Shown: piece by piece, positions 50,001-63,300 of the stretch
How positions within the stretch are numbered: the stretch's first letter is position 1
Layout of the letters: each line of letters starts with the position of its first letter
NCBI RefSeq assembly: GCF_000002075.1
Contig: NW_004797989.1
Coordinates: 88,721 to 152,720, forward strand
Direction of reading: 5' to 3'
Length of the DNA: 64,000 bases
DNA from: Aplysia californica
Taxonomy: Eukaryota
Notes under the pieces: model-generated
Told to the model about the DNA's origin: nothing
Databases searched by the model: none
Seen by the model: only the letters and a program-made list of their open reading frames with translations
Program-made: the position numbers and the translations under genes

Positions 50001-53000
50001 GTTTCTTTGAATTTCCCCAAAATGCCTTTGCCTTTGATAGCAAAGGTTTTTACTAAATTAGCCTTGTGATGGCAAAGTGTTAGGGATTGCTTGGGATCCT
50101 ATTTTGTTCAATATATGTGCTGGCCAGCTGTCTATGTATGGAATATGAACAACTGAAGATTTTTCACCACTTGTGAAATCTCAGATTTAAAAAAAGAATG
50201 TGATGAATGATTGTGTCATTTTGCTCTTTTTTCTTTATCCCTTGACAAGAATGCCATAGAGGTGTTCAAAGAGGTGTTGAAGCAGAATCCTAATCACTTG
50301 GAGGCCAGTTTGAGTCTGGCCCAGGGTTTCAAGTAAGTGGAGAAGTCTGTGGTGGGATATGGGAGGGTAATGCCAGCTGATTCTCTTTGGTTCTGATGGT
50401 GAAAAGCAATTCCTCAAGGTGTATTGGCAGACATTCTGATGCACATCATACGTTCACTCACACACGGAGACACATGCACTCTTATACTAGCACATGTTTA
50501 CCGGCATACATCAGTTCACATGCTCACAGGCACACACATATGTGCGCATACCCAAATTATGCACACATATTATTATATGCACTCTCACACACACAGGACA
50601 CACTCACACGCAAACGTCCATAGTCATAGTCTTACAACGAAGCATGGGTGCGTGTTTGTATTTATCTGTAATAGACTCACACACACAGGCACACTTGTAT
50701 GTACTCGCAACGACACACAGACAAATTCAGACACGGTGAGAAAATAGGGACCCTCACACGCTTTTCAAAGCAAACATTCTCTCATAAAAATGATATAACG
50801 ATGTGGACATGAGGTATTTTTTAGATGAGCTTCTCAGTTTATGCAGCGTTATCCATCTGCATTTACTTCTTTCTGGAGAGATTGACAACATCACAGCCTT
50901 AAGGTCTTAAATTTGAAAGAATTTTAGAAATAAAAGATGAATTTTATTTATAATCTACTTTTTTTAAAAAGAGAGTTGGCCAAATTCTCATTTTTAATCA
51001 ACTTTCCTTCAAATGACAGAGTATTTGAGAAATGAAAAATCTGTGCTACAAAAGTTAACTTCAAAATAGTATGCCCTCTGCATCTTCTCCTTTCTAACGA
51101 CTTCCAATCAAGTAAAAGAGTATTTGAAAAAAAGAAAAAAACTGTATATAAAGAGTCAACTGCAAAATGAATCAATTATAATAATATGTGCACTGCATTT
51201 TTAAAAAAAATCCTTAGAGTAGGGCTCAGTTTCCTTTTTAAGGAATTTCAACAAAGTCATATTTTAAGTTAGTTCAGCATTATGCCCTGTACGGCTCCTT
51301 TGCAGAAAGTTGGCAAACATCATTTGCTTACCAACTTGCACACAATTGACATGGTATTTGAGAAATATAAAACATTATTAATACAAAAGCCTACTTGAAA
51401 ATTAGGTCAGTGTATTGGAACAACATGGTATTGCGGAAAAGATTGTTCCACATTATAATAGTGCTCTTAAAATTCTAGATACAATTTTATTTCCTCAGCA
51501 TCTTCCCTCTAGAGAGTAAAGCGGTATCACTTTCTCATCAACTTTTACACAACAACGGGTATCTGAGAAATAAAATAAGCCTATAGCTGTTTTAAAGTTC
51601 AACTTTAAATTGAATTCAATGTTATGTCGTCTGCATCTCCTTCTTTGTAGAGAGTTGGGCAACATCAAGGCAGCTCTGGCCAAGTTCAACACGACTTTGA
51701 ATCTTCAGGCCAACTACAGTATGGTGTATCAACTGAGAGGGAACATGATCTTCCAAAATGGTGACCCAGCTTCAGCTATTCTAGATTTTCAGGTTTGTGT
51801 GGTTAGAGCTTTCTGTTGAAAGTTTAGTTTGATGGGGTTTTTTTGTTTTGTTTTGTAGGAGTGGGAGGGGCTTCTCTTGACAGCAAATCTCACAATAGCT
51901 GAGATATGAGATATGTCTTCCAGAATAATTGATTACCAGTTATCAGTGCAACAATTACAAATTATGCTTTTGCCTTCAGTCAGTTGATCATTTTTCTTGA
52001 CAAGTTAAAAAAAATATGGAGAGCATCAATACTGAGACATATATAATGCTGAGAGATACTAATGTGATGTTGTGGAAAATTTGTGTCAGTATAGTGTTGG
52101 TATTAAAGTAATTGAAGTGAGTAAAACAATTTCTCCATAAGGATATCAACGGTTGATTCTTATTATTAAAATCCTAATGTTATGCAGACAAAATTTAATT
52201 GTTTACTGGTAATTTTGTCTCCTGCATGTATAGAAATGCCTGGAGGTTGACAGCACAAGTGCTGGCTGTCAGTATATGAAAGGAGCAGCCAATGTGATGC
52301 AAGGACGGTTCTATGAAGGGCTCAAGGATACAACGAAAGTGAGAAATAAGATGTTTGTGTAGTCTTTATACTTTGTCTGTTTTTTGGGTTTGTGTGTGGG
52401 GGGGGGGGGTTGTTTTGTTTCAAAGTCTAATGTTCCTCATAGGGACAACATGTGCTTTTAAAACACATCATTTCATAGTTCCTAATGGGACATGACCTCT
52501 CTTGTGCTTTTGTCTTGCCTCTCAAAGCCCAGTTGGTTCTCATTATAGGCAATGATGACAATCACAGATTTCTCTTTATCATGATCAACTGATTCAATGA
52601 CATGGATTTCTCTTATATCTAACAACTGATTCAAACACATGAGCTTTTCTTTTACTTAAACAAATAACTAATTCAAACACATGGATTTCTCTTTAATACA
52701 AACAACTGATTCAAACACATGAATGTCTATTGAACTTAAAAACGAACAATTGATTCAAACACATGTATTTCTCTTTAAAAGTTAAGTAAACAACTGATTA
52801 AAATACATGTATTTAAAGAAACCCCATAAACAATGGTCCAACACATGTATTTATTCCTAAAAATTAAGTAAACAATTGATTAAAGTACATGTATTTAAAA
52901 AAAAAATGTAAACAATAGTTCAGACACATGTATTTATTCCTCTTAAACTTAAGCGAACAAGTGATTCAAACATTATCCCTCCCTATATTCCCTCTGTAGC

Positions 53001-56000
53001 TGATGGTAAGCAGTGCCCCGGTCATCAAGGCCTCTCCAGAGTATATCAAGGCTCACTATTTACGAGGTGAGCCCTCTCTCTGTACGAGAGACTTTCTTAG
53101 AGTGTCGAAAGAACTGAAGGCGATTTAGTATTTGTGGTCAGTTGGAGGGAGCATGTAATACATGTTACTTCATTCCTGTTTTCCTGTTGTTTCATTGTTA
53201 TATATTGCCTTTATACTGTGAGACACAATAACCTGCTGATATGTTTCGTCTCCTTTACTCCAAGAGAGTTACTGTGAAGTTTCGTGAGTTTTCTGGGGGG
53301 TACACACCCTTCAATAGACACTCTAATTGTTTTTACTCATACAGTTAGATTCTATCTGTTGTGTGAATTCTCTGTGCTCAGTATGTGACTGGTTGGTTGA
53401 TATCTGAGGTGGATTTTTAGTACTGTTATTTCTGTTAGTTGTATGACCCACTGCATGTGTGTTCAGCGTAATCTGAAAGAAAAACAAACGCAGTACAACT
53501 CTCTTACATTTTCATAGATGTCTACCAGTACGTTAAAAATATTTAGTGCGTTTTCAAGGGTATGCATTTTTGTGTGTTGTGTCTCAGTGTTATTTATACT
53601 TATGTCTGTGCTAGACTAATGGAAATACAGCCCAACTTGTCTTAGAAAACTTCCCATTGTCAAGGAGAAAAGTGGTTATCCTAGACGGGTGATCCTCTTG
53701 GACAGTGTCAATTTAACATATTATGATATATGCAAAGAGGGAAATCAGAAATGATAGTTTATACAGGTGATTGTCTTGGACAGGTGGTCATTAGGTCAGG
53801 CTCAACTGTTTTTTTTATCAGTGTTCTACACAGTCTAGTGGGATAGAAGGAAGTAAGAAAGGAAGGAATAAGAGGAAGGGGGGGAGACCCAGAGAAAAAT
53901 GAGTATTTGACATCAGTGACTAAATTGGAATAGGTATCACCAAAACAGGGACAGTAAAAGAAAACAGCCAGGTACACACAATGTAGGATCATCAAAGATA
54001 CAAAGTCTCAAAGGGATATGAAAAGATGATACAGATGAAGTCTATGGTAGATGAGACAATTTGATATATCACAAACTCAATCAAACACGTGACATCTTAA
54101 AATGTAATGTTTGAGGAATGGAGAATGTTTACTTGTTTTCTTCTTTATAAAGAAATTTATTTTTCATGTTTGTTGTTGGAGGGTGTCACTGATAGGTCCT
54201 AGCGGTACTCCTGTTTTTGTTTATGTATCTTGTCTTTTCTCTGCACTATCTGTGCCTTTGCTGTGTTGATGTGCTTCATTTTGCTGTAACCTAAACCTCT
54301 GCGTCATGGAGTGTATTTTTTCTTGGGCCCGTAGAGTATGCCAGGTACCTGCATTCCCGGCTGGATACCCCAATCACCTCGATACAGCCAGATGCCGATT
54401 TCAGTCCAGAATATTTGGATCACTGGGTCAAACTGAAGCCTTTTGATTTTAAAGTAAGTCTCTGAATCGCTAGAGGTTATCGTTTATAAGTTTTTTCAGT
54501 GTGAATGTGTTGCTTGAATTTTGCTGTCAGCGTGCTCTACAGTTTTCTCCCGGTAGAAGTGAGTAATGTTACGCATCTTCATAATTAAGATATTTTCATA
54601 AGGGCTTGACCACTTAAAAATGGGGCATTCTGTATAGTTTTTGGTTCAAGTCCATCGTGTCAATGTTCAGTTTGCACCATTCCTGTCTCATTATGTGATA
54701 TGAAATATCTCCAAACTGAGACTTTCTTATATTTATGTTCTCGTGAGAAAACAAAAATTTCTTCAGAATTGGTAAAAGCAGGACGTGGCTGTCAATGTGT
54801 TAAGTGTGCTGACAAAACTGAGTTACTTCTCACAACATGCAAATGAAAATATCAGTCTAAAATCAACAGAGGTCAAATTTATAGATTTTCAACTGATGCC
54901 ATTTTCTTAAAGTTCTACATATCTTTTATCATTTCAAATTAATAAATTGTCCAAACTCAACCTATACATTTGTCGAAGCTATGTCAATAGAACTAAAATC
55001 TGAGAAGTAACTCTTTTATTATCAGCACGTCTCTTATTTTATTCTTTTGGCAAGTCATACAGTGGTTGAAATTTAGCATTATTAGAGTCAGTGATAGTTG
55101 TAGAATTGATACATGTCTCTGTGGTTTGTTTTTTGGACCTTGTTTTAATTTTCCTTGCTCTTTTTACAGAATTACAAAGAACAGCCAGGATTACAGCCTG
55201 ATGTTGGGTGAGTTTGACTAATTACTATGTGTATACAAGGGGGTAGTCTAAGATTTTTCTATGTTCATATGAGTAGTGGGAAAATGATTTGTTTGGAGGC
55301 CTCTATATGTATTTATAAATATGCATTTATCATTTGAGGGAAAGCATAAACTGTTGAACATTTGTGTGTATGGTGGAAAGGGGGCTCTAAGAAATTATTA
55401 GAATTTTTACTATGACTTTTTACTGCACTGTTATGTAGCTGTATTCTGATGTATATTGCTATCATGTCCATTGGCTTTTGAATACACAAAATGTGTCCAA
55501 ATTCCCTAAATCTTGAGCATTATTTGTGAATTATTAAGTATCTCTTTTACGTATATCCACTTCACAATTTTTCTTTTCCTCCTGCCACGTCCAACCATTG
55601 TCCCACCACCTCTCCCTTTGTTGTTTCAGTCCTGCTTTGAAAATGATGAAAGAGCTCTCAACGCTCATTCTGCCCACTCCTCTCCACCCAACCCAGTGAT
55701 GTGCAGAATTTAAAAGAAATTCTATCTCACAATTTCTGGTTTCCTCAAGGGATGTCCAATCTTTAGAAGTAATAAAAGAGCTCTGGCTTAACAATCGTCC
55801 TTTCCCGTTATCATAATGTCCAGACTTTGAAACAAATTTTACCTCACAATTTTGCTTTTCCTGCCGTAATATAAAATACATACCAACTCACACTTTGCTT
55901 TTTCCTGCCATAATATATGAAATACCAACTCACAGTTTGTTTGTTTTTCCAGCCATGATATAAGATATACCAACTGGCAATTTTCCTTTTCCTGCAGTAA

Positions 56001-59000
56001 TATAATAGATATCAACTCACAGTTTTCCTGCCATAATACAAGATGTACGTTTTACTTTTTCATCCATTAAGCGTCGAGGGGAGATGCAGTTTTATATGGA
56101 AGGCCAGCTCCGCAGCTCTTTCAATTGGGATATTATAATTTCTCAGGGTTTCGTTGACTCCCTCAATTCACCTTTTTGCCTGGCATTCCTCTTCCTTTAT
56201 AGCCTGAGGGCTTAGTGTTATGGGTCTCATAGCTGGCTGGCGAGGTAACGTTCATAACAGGTTGCCAAACCATTTTATTCTCTGTTTTTCTGACTCTGTG
56301 CCAATAGCTGCTCTTACTTCTTCATTTCTCTGCCTGTCTCATCTTGTAATGTTACAGGTTTTGAGGAGACATTTCATCTCGTATGCATTGATTTTGCTTT
56401 CATGGGTTTTACTTAATGTCCAGGTCTGGCACTGGTAGCATAATGTTGGGAAAAATATTGAAGTGATAAGCTGTCTCTTTGTGCCCATGGAGATGTTTGG
56501 ATGAGATAGAAGGGGTGCGAGCTGGTAGGTGATAAGAGATATCAACTGATAATTTCCCTGTCATAATATAAGAGATATCAACTGATAATTTCCCTGGAGT
56601 AATATAAGAGATATCAACTGATGATTTCCCTGTCATAATATAAGAGATATCAACTGATGATTTCCCTGTCATAATATAAGAGATATCAACTGATGATTTC
56701 CCTATCATAATATAAGAGATATCAACTGATGATTTCCCTGTCATAATATAAGAGACATCAACTGATGATTTCCCTGGAGTAATATAAGAGATATCAACTG
56801 ATAATTTTCCTGGAGTAATATAAGAGATATCAACTGATGATTTTCCTGGAGTAATATAAGAGATATCAACAGATGATTTCCCTGTCATAATATAAGAGAC
56901 ATCAACTGATGATTTCCCTGGAGTAATATAAGAGATATCAGCTCACAATTTTCCTTTTCCAGTGATGTCCAACCTTTAAAAGAAATCCCACCTCATCTGG
57001 AGCCCCTGCTGTGCCGGGCGGAGGCCTTGGGCCGGTTGTCTCAGGTCAGTGTGGACGGGATCTTGCCGAACCGACGCTTGAACCTGGCCATGGGGCTGGC
57101 CTCCATACATATGGCGCAGTATTTTGAGGTAAGTTTGTGCCATGCTTTGGTTCACAGATTTTTCACACCTTTGCTGTAAGTCACAACCTCTTATCTGCAA
57201 AGTATTGGAAATTGATTTTTTATTAAATAAATAAGAGGCACCCTGTTGGCTAACCCCAGTGGTAACAAAAGTTCTCCTTGACCTGTGAAAATGTGTGAAA
57301 ATGTCTAAAAATGCCTTGTGACCAATTCTTTTTTTTTGTTTGTTTTTTTAGGGGGGGGGGGGGGGGGTTTCAATGATTTGTTGTAAGGAAAAATAATTTT
57401 TACTCCCGTATTAAAATCCCTTGAGAAAAAAAAAAGAGTGATTGCAGTTACAGTTTTGTGTTTTATGGAGATGATAATATAATGGTCGAAGCTATGGGTG
57501 ATGAATGTGTCGGGTAGTAGGCTGTAAAGTTATTGTGACTTAGTTTTGTACTTAATCATTTTCATGCATCAACAAAGATTCTTATTCAACGACATGTTCC
57601 TTTAGCTGTTATTAGAAGGCCTCATGTTTAAGAAAGGTGAAAGTCTCTGCTTTGGATAACTGTTGGATCAGATGTAGTTAAGACAAAAACTTTAGTTACT
57701 GTAATGCAACAATAAGTATATGGGTGAAAGAGAGTGACAGACACGTTGGTAGACAGATAGGAAACAGGCAAAAAAAGGAATATAACTCTGAATTAAAATT
57801 ATGATATTGCATAATTATGAGAGTTGTTTCCCTTCGTCAAATGACTTGCCTTTATTTTCAGGCTCATGATTTTGCTTAGTTGTTACAAGAATTTAATAAA
57901 ATAGATTTACTCTTGTAGATTTTTTAATGACTGTTCTGATCATATGTTCTTAATGGTCTAATCAAAGATAATGGATAATAAATTCGGGCTGACTGTCAAT
58001 AAAGAAGTAAAAATTGAATGTAAATTGTTGGAATGACACTTTTTTTTCCTTTCAAAATAGCAAACAGCAGGATAAACATAAATTATTTCAAGTTTATGTG
58101 TAAATTTTTTGGCTGGAGTCCATAACTTTTTGTGCTATGGCTGTTTTGGATAAATCAAGATGGTAGAAGTGGTAAGGATTTTGAAGAAATAGGACCTTCC
58201 AGTGACAGCCTCCAACTGCTCACTGTCAAAATTTCTTTGCATCTGATTAGACTGCTTGTTTATTATTTCACTACATTTATGTACTTTTTGTTTTTTGTTT
58301 TAGTGTCTTTGCTTTTCTTAGCTTTCCTGCGAGATCATGAATAGAATTCTATTTTCTTGTCTCATCTTTGTTTAATTAATTCTTTACTCGTACATGGTTG
58401 GCTGTTACTCTTAAGTATTCAGCTCTTTCTATTTCTTTCCTGTCACTTAAATATGTTTCAGGTGAAATATAGCTCTTATTGTGTCTTCTTGCAGTAATCT
58501 ACAAGACATTTCCTTTTTCTTTCACTACTGTTTCAGATGTTCAAATTGTATTCAGCTCTGCAATAGTATATACAACTCTAAATCTCTCTTTTTGCACTGT
58601 TTGCACTGTTAGTTTAATTGGGGTCATGCTGAACTGGTTTGAATCTCCAATAGAGCATTCTTGAACTTAAGGAGTTGTCTGGGAAGTTTTTCAATTCTCT
58701 CCACCCGCATACCTTGGTCCTGTCAGAGACAGGGGGTGAATTCACAGGTCCTGTGCCTTTAATAACCTCATAGCGTTGAAAGGCACCTTAAAGCATGCCA
58801 TTGGTTTGCTCCTTCTTTTATGTCAAACATCTTTCAGCCTTATCTCTCCTCCTTTTTTATGTTTGTCACTCTCTTGTAACATCTCTAACCGTCAACACTT
58901 TATGGTTTTGCAAGTGCCAAGTGGTACCTGGAGAAGAATCACAGAAGTTGATGTACAGAAAAGTGGGAAGACATGGAATAACATCAAGAGGCTAGCCCAG

Positions 59001-60229
59001 GATAGAAAAAGGTGGAAAGTGTTTGTTCGTGGTGCAGAGTAAGAAAGGCAATGATGATGATGAAGTGCCATAAAACTCTTACTAAAACTAAATTAAAACT
59101 AAACTAAAAACCATGCCATACTACTGTTCCAGTCATACTTTAAAAAAGTGAATCTTTCTCTTTCGATTCTCTGTGCAGACCAAGTGGAAAGCTGTGAAGG
59201 CGTCCAAAGCAGGTTCACACGGTGAGTGTGCTCTACCCTTTTGTTTTGTTGTTTACGGTAGTAAGTTTTGTGGCATCTGTGGCTTGGTGGTAAGGCACTT
59301 GGAAGGGCAATTGTAAGGTTGTGGGTTCGAATCCCAGTAGGGGTCCAACATTGTGTCCTTGGGAAAGGCACTTTACTTGAATTTTCCTCACTTTACCCAA
59401 GTGGGAATGGGTACCCAGCTATAGACAGCAAAAGATCTTGTGAGTTTGTTAGTGTTTGAGCGCATGTAATACGCAGCTTGCTCTATATATGCTTTCCGGG
59501 AAGCCCAAAATGTTTCTGAGTGTTCTTACCGTGTCTGCTGGGGTAATAATAGTTGAAAGGCTCATAGAGGACTGTACAGCATGAATTTGCACGATGTAAA
59601 TGCAGTTATTATTGTTAAGTGGCCTCACCAAACCCAAAAAGTTTTGAGAAGCATGCTGTGGGAGATATGTCATGAACAGCTTACTGCTCAACAGCAGGAT
59701 GTGCAAACTCTATGATGGTGGAACAACCCAAAATTATAATTGCTAGTGAGCAAATGTACATATCTGACATTTACTTTGTTGTATCTTTACTGCAGTAAAA
59801 CAAAATCTTTCTCCTTTTCCTTTCCTCTAACTCCACTGAGCTTCATGCATTACTTTTGAATACTCTGGTTTTGACACATTATAGGAAGTGCTCTGAGAAA
59901 AATGAATAAATTTCCAAATGAGGTCTGGAACTAGAAGTATGAAGTTCAGCAATGAAACTTTTAAAATGTTGACTTGATAGCTAGATTAAATCCAAGTGAG
60001 TACTTTTTATGGCTTTCAAAGCCTATTCTATCAGAATACTATTGGAGTACTGTCAGAATACTGGTTATCTAACAAGCACAATCATTATTATTGTAAGCAG
60101 TTATTCGTCATTTCATCTAATGTGTGACTGTGGATCTATTTGTGAGTGAAAGCATAATATTATGTTTGTTTGTGTATATTTGTGTGGAAGAGAGAGGATG
60201 TGACAGAGTATGCATGTGGCATGTGTGTG

Positions 60230-60302
<73 letters not shown>

Positions 60303-63300
60303 AAACTTAAAATCAATGTCTTTTCTTGTCTTGTCCTGTCTTGTCTTGTCTTGTCTGATGTATCTTAAATGAGACCAACTTGGTTTAGTTATGATAAACT
60401 GAAATTAATAAACCAATCAACAGTATTATTTATTGTGAACTTTACTTTTACGTTATACTGTATGTCTACCATCATATGATGTCTATTGTTCCCACCACCC
60501 CTTCTGATACACAATCTTTACAGTCATCTCTTTCCACAGACAAAATTATTCACAGCTGGCGTGAGCTTTTCACAATAGGAGTACACTATAGACAGATTGC
60601 CAGTTTGGACCAGCCGTTTTTATGGGTTGATTCATTACCTGACTATAAAAGTAAAGATGGATACCGATCCGATGTACCGTTTGTCAGGTGTGTTCAGTCT
60701 TGTTTGTGTATTTGTTTGTTTGTGGAGTGGAAAGGAAGTTTGTTAACTCACATAATGGGACATATAGCTTTTCATGCATGGCAGCCTGAAGGGCCTACTC
60801 TTTTCAATTTTAAAACCGCCACAGCATTGTTAACATGTGAAAATGGGAGGTTGGCGGGTGCTCTGGTGTGGTTTGCTCCTTATTCCTATCAAACATCTAT
60901 CGTCCTTATCTCCCCTTCTTCTTTTTTGTGTTTGTTACTCTCTTGTAACACATCTATTCTTTGGCACTTATAATGACCTTAATGTGTTGCAAGTACCGTA
61001 AAATTTTTAGAAAACTAAAAAACTAACATTTGAAACTTCCACGTGGAACATCAGAAATTTTTCATCCTTATCCGAGAAGACTAGGCGCTCGATCCTACCT
61101 ACCTTTGGATTATGGGGTGTACACACCATAAGAAAAAAAAAAGCGAGGCTGGTGGGGATTAACATCCGGACCCTACAATTGACAAGCAAATACCATACTT
61201 TGTTGAGCTACTGAGTCCCAGTAGTTTGAACAAAAAGCAGGGTGACACAAACAAGAATTAGGAATGTCGCAGCAACAGTGATTTTGTATTAAAAGAGGTA
61301 GAATTTGTATTTCAGGCTTAGATAGGCTGTGTAAAACCATAGTTCAATTTGTAGTATCGTTCAACTGTTTACACTGACTGTAACAAGGATGACGCATTNN
61401 NNNNNNNNNNNNNNNNNNNNNNNNNNNNNNNNNNNNNNNNNNNNNNNNNNNNNNNNNNNNNNNNNNNNNNNNNNNNNNNNNNNNNNNNNNNNNNNNNNNN
61501 NNNNNNNNNNNNNNNNNNNNNNNNNNNNCATATGTTAATCTGTTCATAGAAAAAGCTACTTTCTTTACTCCTTTACATTATTTGTTTGTGTGTGTGATCC
61601 CCAGGGGCTCGGTGAGTAACTCTAAAGTCAAACCGTACTTCGAGCTGGCGTTCAAACTGGCAAAGACAATGCTGGAGCACTACTCAGGGTGAGCATGTCC
61701 CCCATGGAGGGCAAAAACTTTACATCACCCAATCAATAATAATAATAATAATAATGATAATAATAGTTTTATTATTATAATTTATTTTTAAAATAATAAT
61801 AACAACAACAACAATAATATTGTCAATAAATATAATAATAATAATGATAATAATAGTAATAATAATAATGAGAACAATATTTATAATAATATTAATAATA
61901 ATGATGATGATGATAATAATAATGTTACATGTAGATTACATCTTTTACACCACTATTCGATAGCTCTAGGTGCTTCACAGTGAAATAGAATTTTGACAGC
62001 TTACATAATGACACATTTCACACATACTGTCTCATTCAATGTACAATAATCCTTTCAAATACATATATGCACCTGTAATGTGGGTGGTTGGCGGTTGCTC
62101 TGATGTGGTTTGCTTCTTCTTTCCTATCAAGCATCTATCGTCCTTATCTCCCCTTCTTCTTTTTTATGTTTGTTACTCTCTTGTAACACCTCTAATCTTC
62201 TGGCACTCATATGACCTTATGCAGTTGCGAGGGCCGTAAAACCTCTACTGAAACTAAAAAACTAAGCACCTGTTATGTTTCAACAAGTATGTTTTGACAA
62301 AAGAACACACACACAAGACAAATCACTGTGGGTGCTGATTGTTCTTGTCGTTGAAAGAAGAAGATAGACGTTCGTGATTGATTATTTATAATAACAAGAC
62401 AAATTTAACCTTTTGGTATACATCAAGACTGTGCTTTTTATTCTTGCTTTCACTGTTTTGTGAAAGTTATTTACAATTAAGTGCAGGTTGAGCAGACTAC
62501 CCATTTGCATGGTAGTTTATGTACATTTCTGAGTGAGTGATCAGTAGATCCTATTTTGGTGTGAAGAAGCTTTTTGAAGTCCTTATAGTGAATTTGGTTG
62601 ATTTTGCAGGAAAGGTTTTTGGTTCCTTCCATCCCATCCCTGTGAGTGGTTGGAAGGTGTTGATAATTACTTCTTCTTTATTATCCCTCTGTTGTTTCTG
62701 TCTATTTGCTTAACTTTCTCCAAGCACAAAATGTGACCATTATCCTGTCAATGAGGTTTTCTTAAGTCTAACATCCTGCAAGTAGTTAGAGGGTGTCACA
62801 GGTTGGTACTTTTTCTTTACCATCCCTCTGTCTTTTCTGTCTGTCTGTCTCGTTTGTTCCCTTCACTACATGGCCTTTATCAAGTCAGTTTGCTTCACGC
62901 TCGAACCTCAGCTCAGTCCAACATTGTGTCCTTGAGAAAAACACTTTACACTAATTTCCCATTTTGGCTCGGTCCTTTCAGAGATGAACGTTAAACTCAT
63001 AGGTCCTGCCTCTTAAATAACCTAATAGTGTTGATAGGGGCGTAAACCTATACTATTTTCACTTTACTTGAATAAGAGCCTGAATTTAATCAATTCCAGT
63101 GGGTGGTTGGCGGGTGCTCTGGTGTGGTTTGCTCCTTCTTTCCTCTTAAACATCTATCGTCCTTATCTCTCCTCCTTCTTTTTTTAAACGTTTGTTGTTA
63201 CTCTCTTGTAACACCTCTAATCTTCGGCACTTATATGACCTTATTGTGTTGCAAGTGCCGTAAAACTCTTTACTAAAGACTAAATCAATTCCATTCCCAG

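Noticed and set aside
50424-50760. His/Thr-rich ORFs in TTC13 intron 9 and at 22157-22453
   Set aside because: Translations of degenerate (CA)n repeats.
56533-56945. 36-bp repeat array as a CRISPR, and the 159-aa minus-strand ORF (56409-56888) as a gene
   Set aside because: Units are head-to-tail with no unique spacers, and there are no cas genes in this eukaryotic intron. The ORF exists only because the stop-free unit length is divisible by 3.
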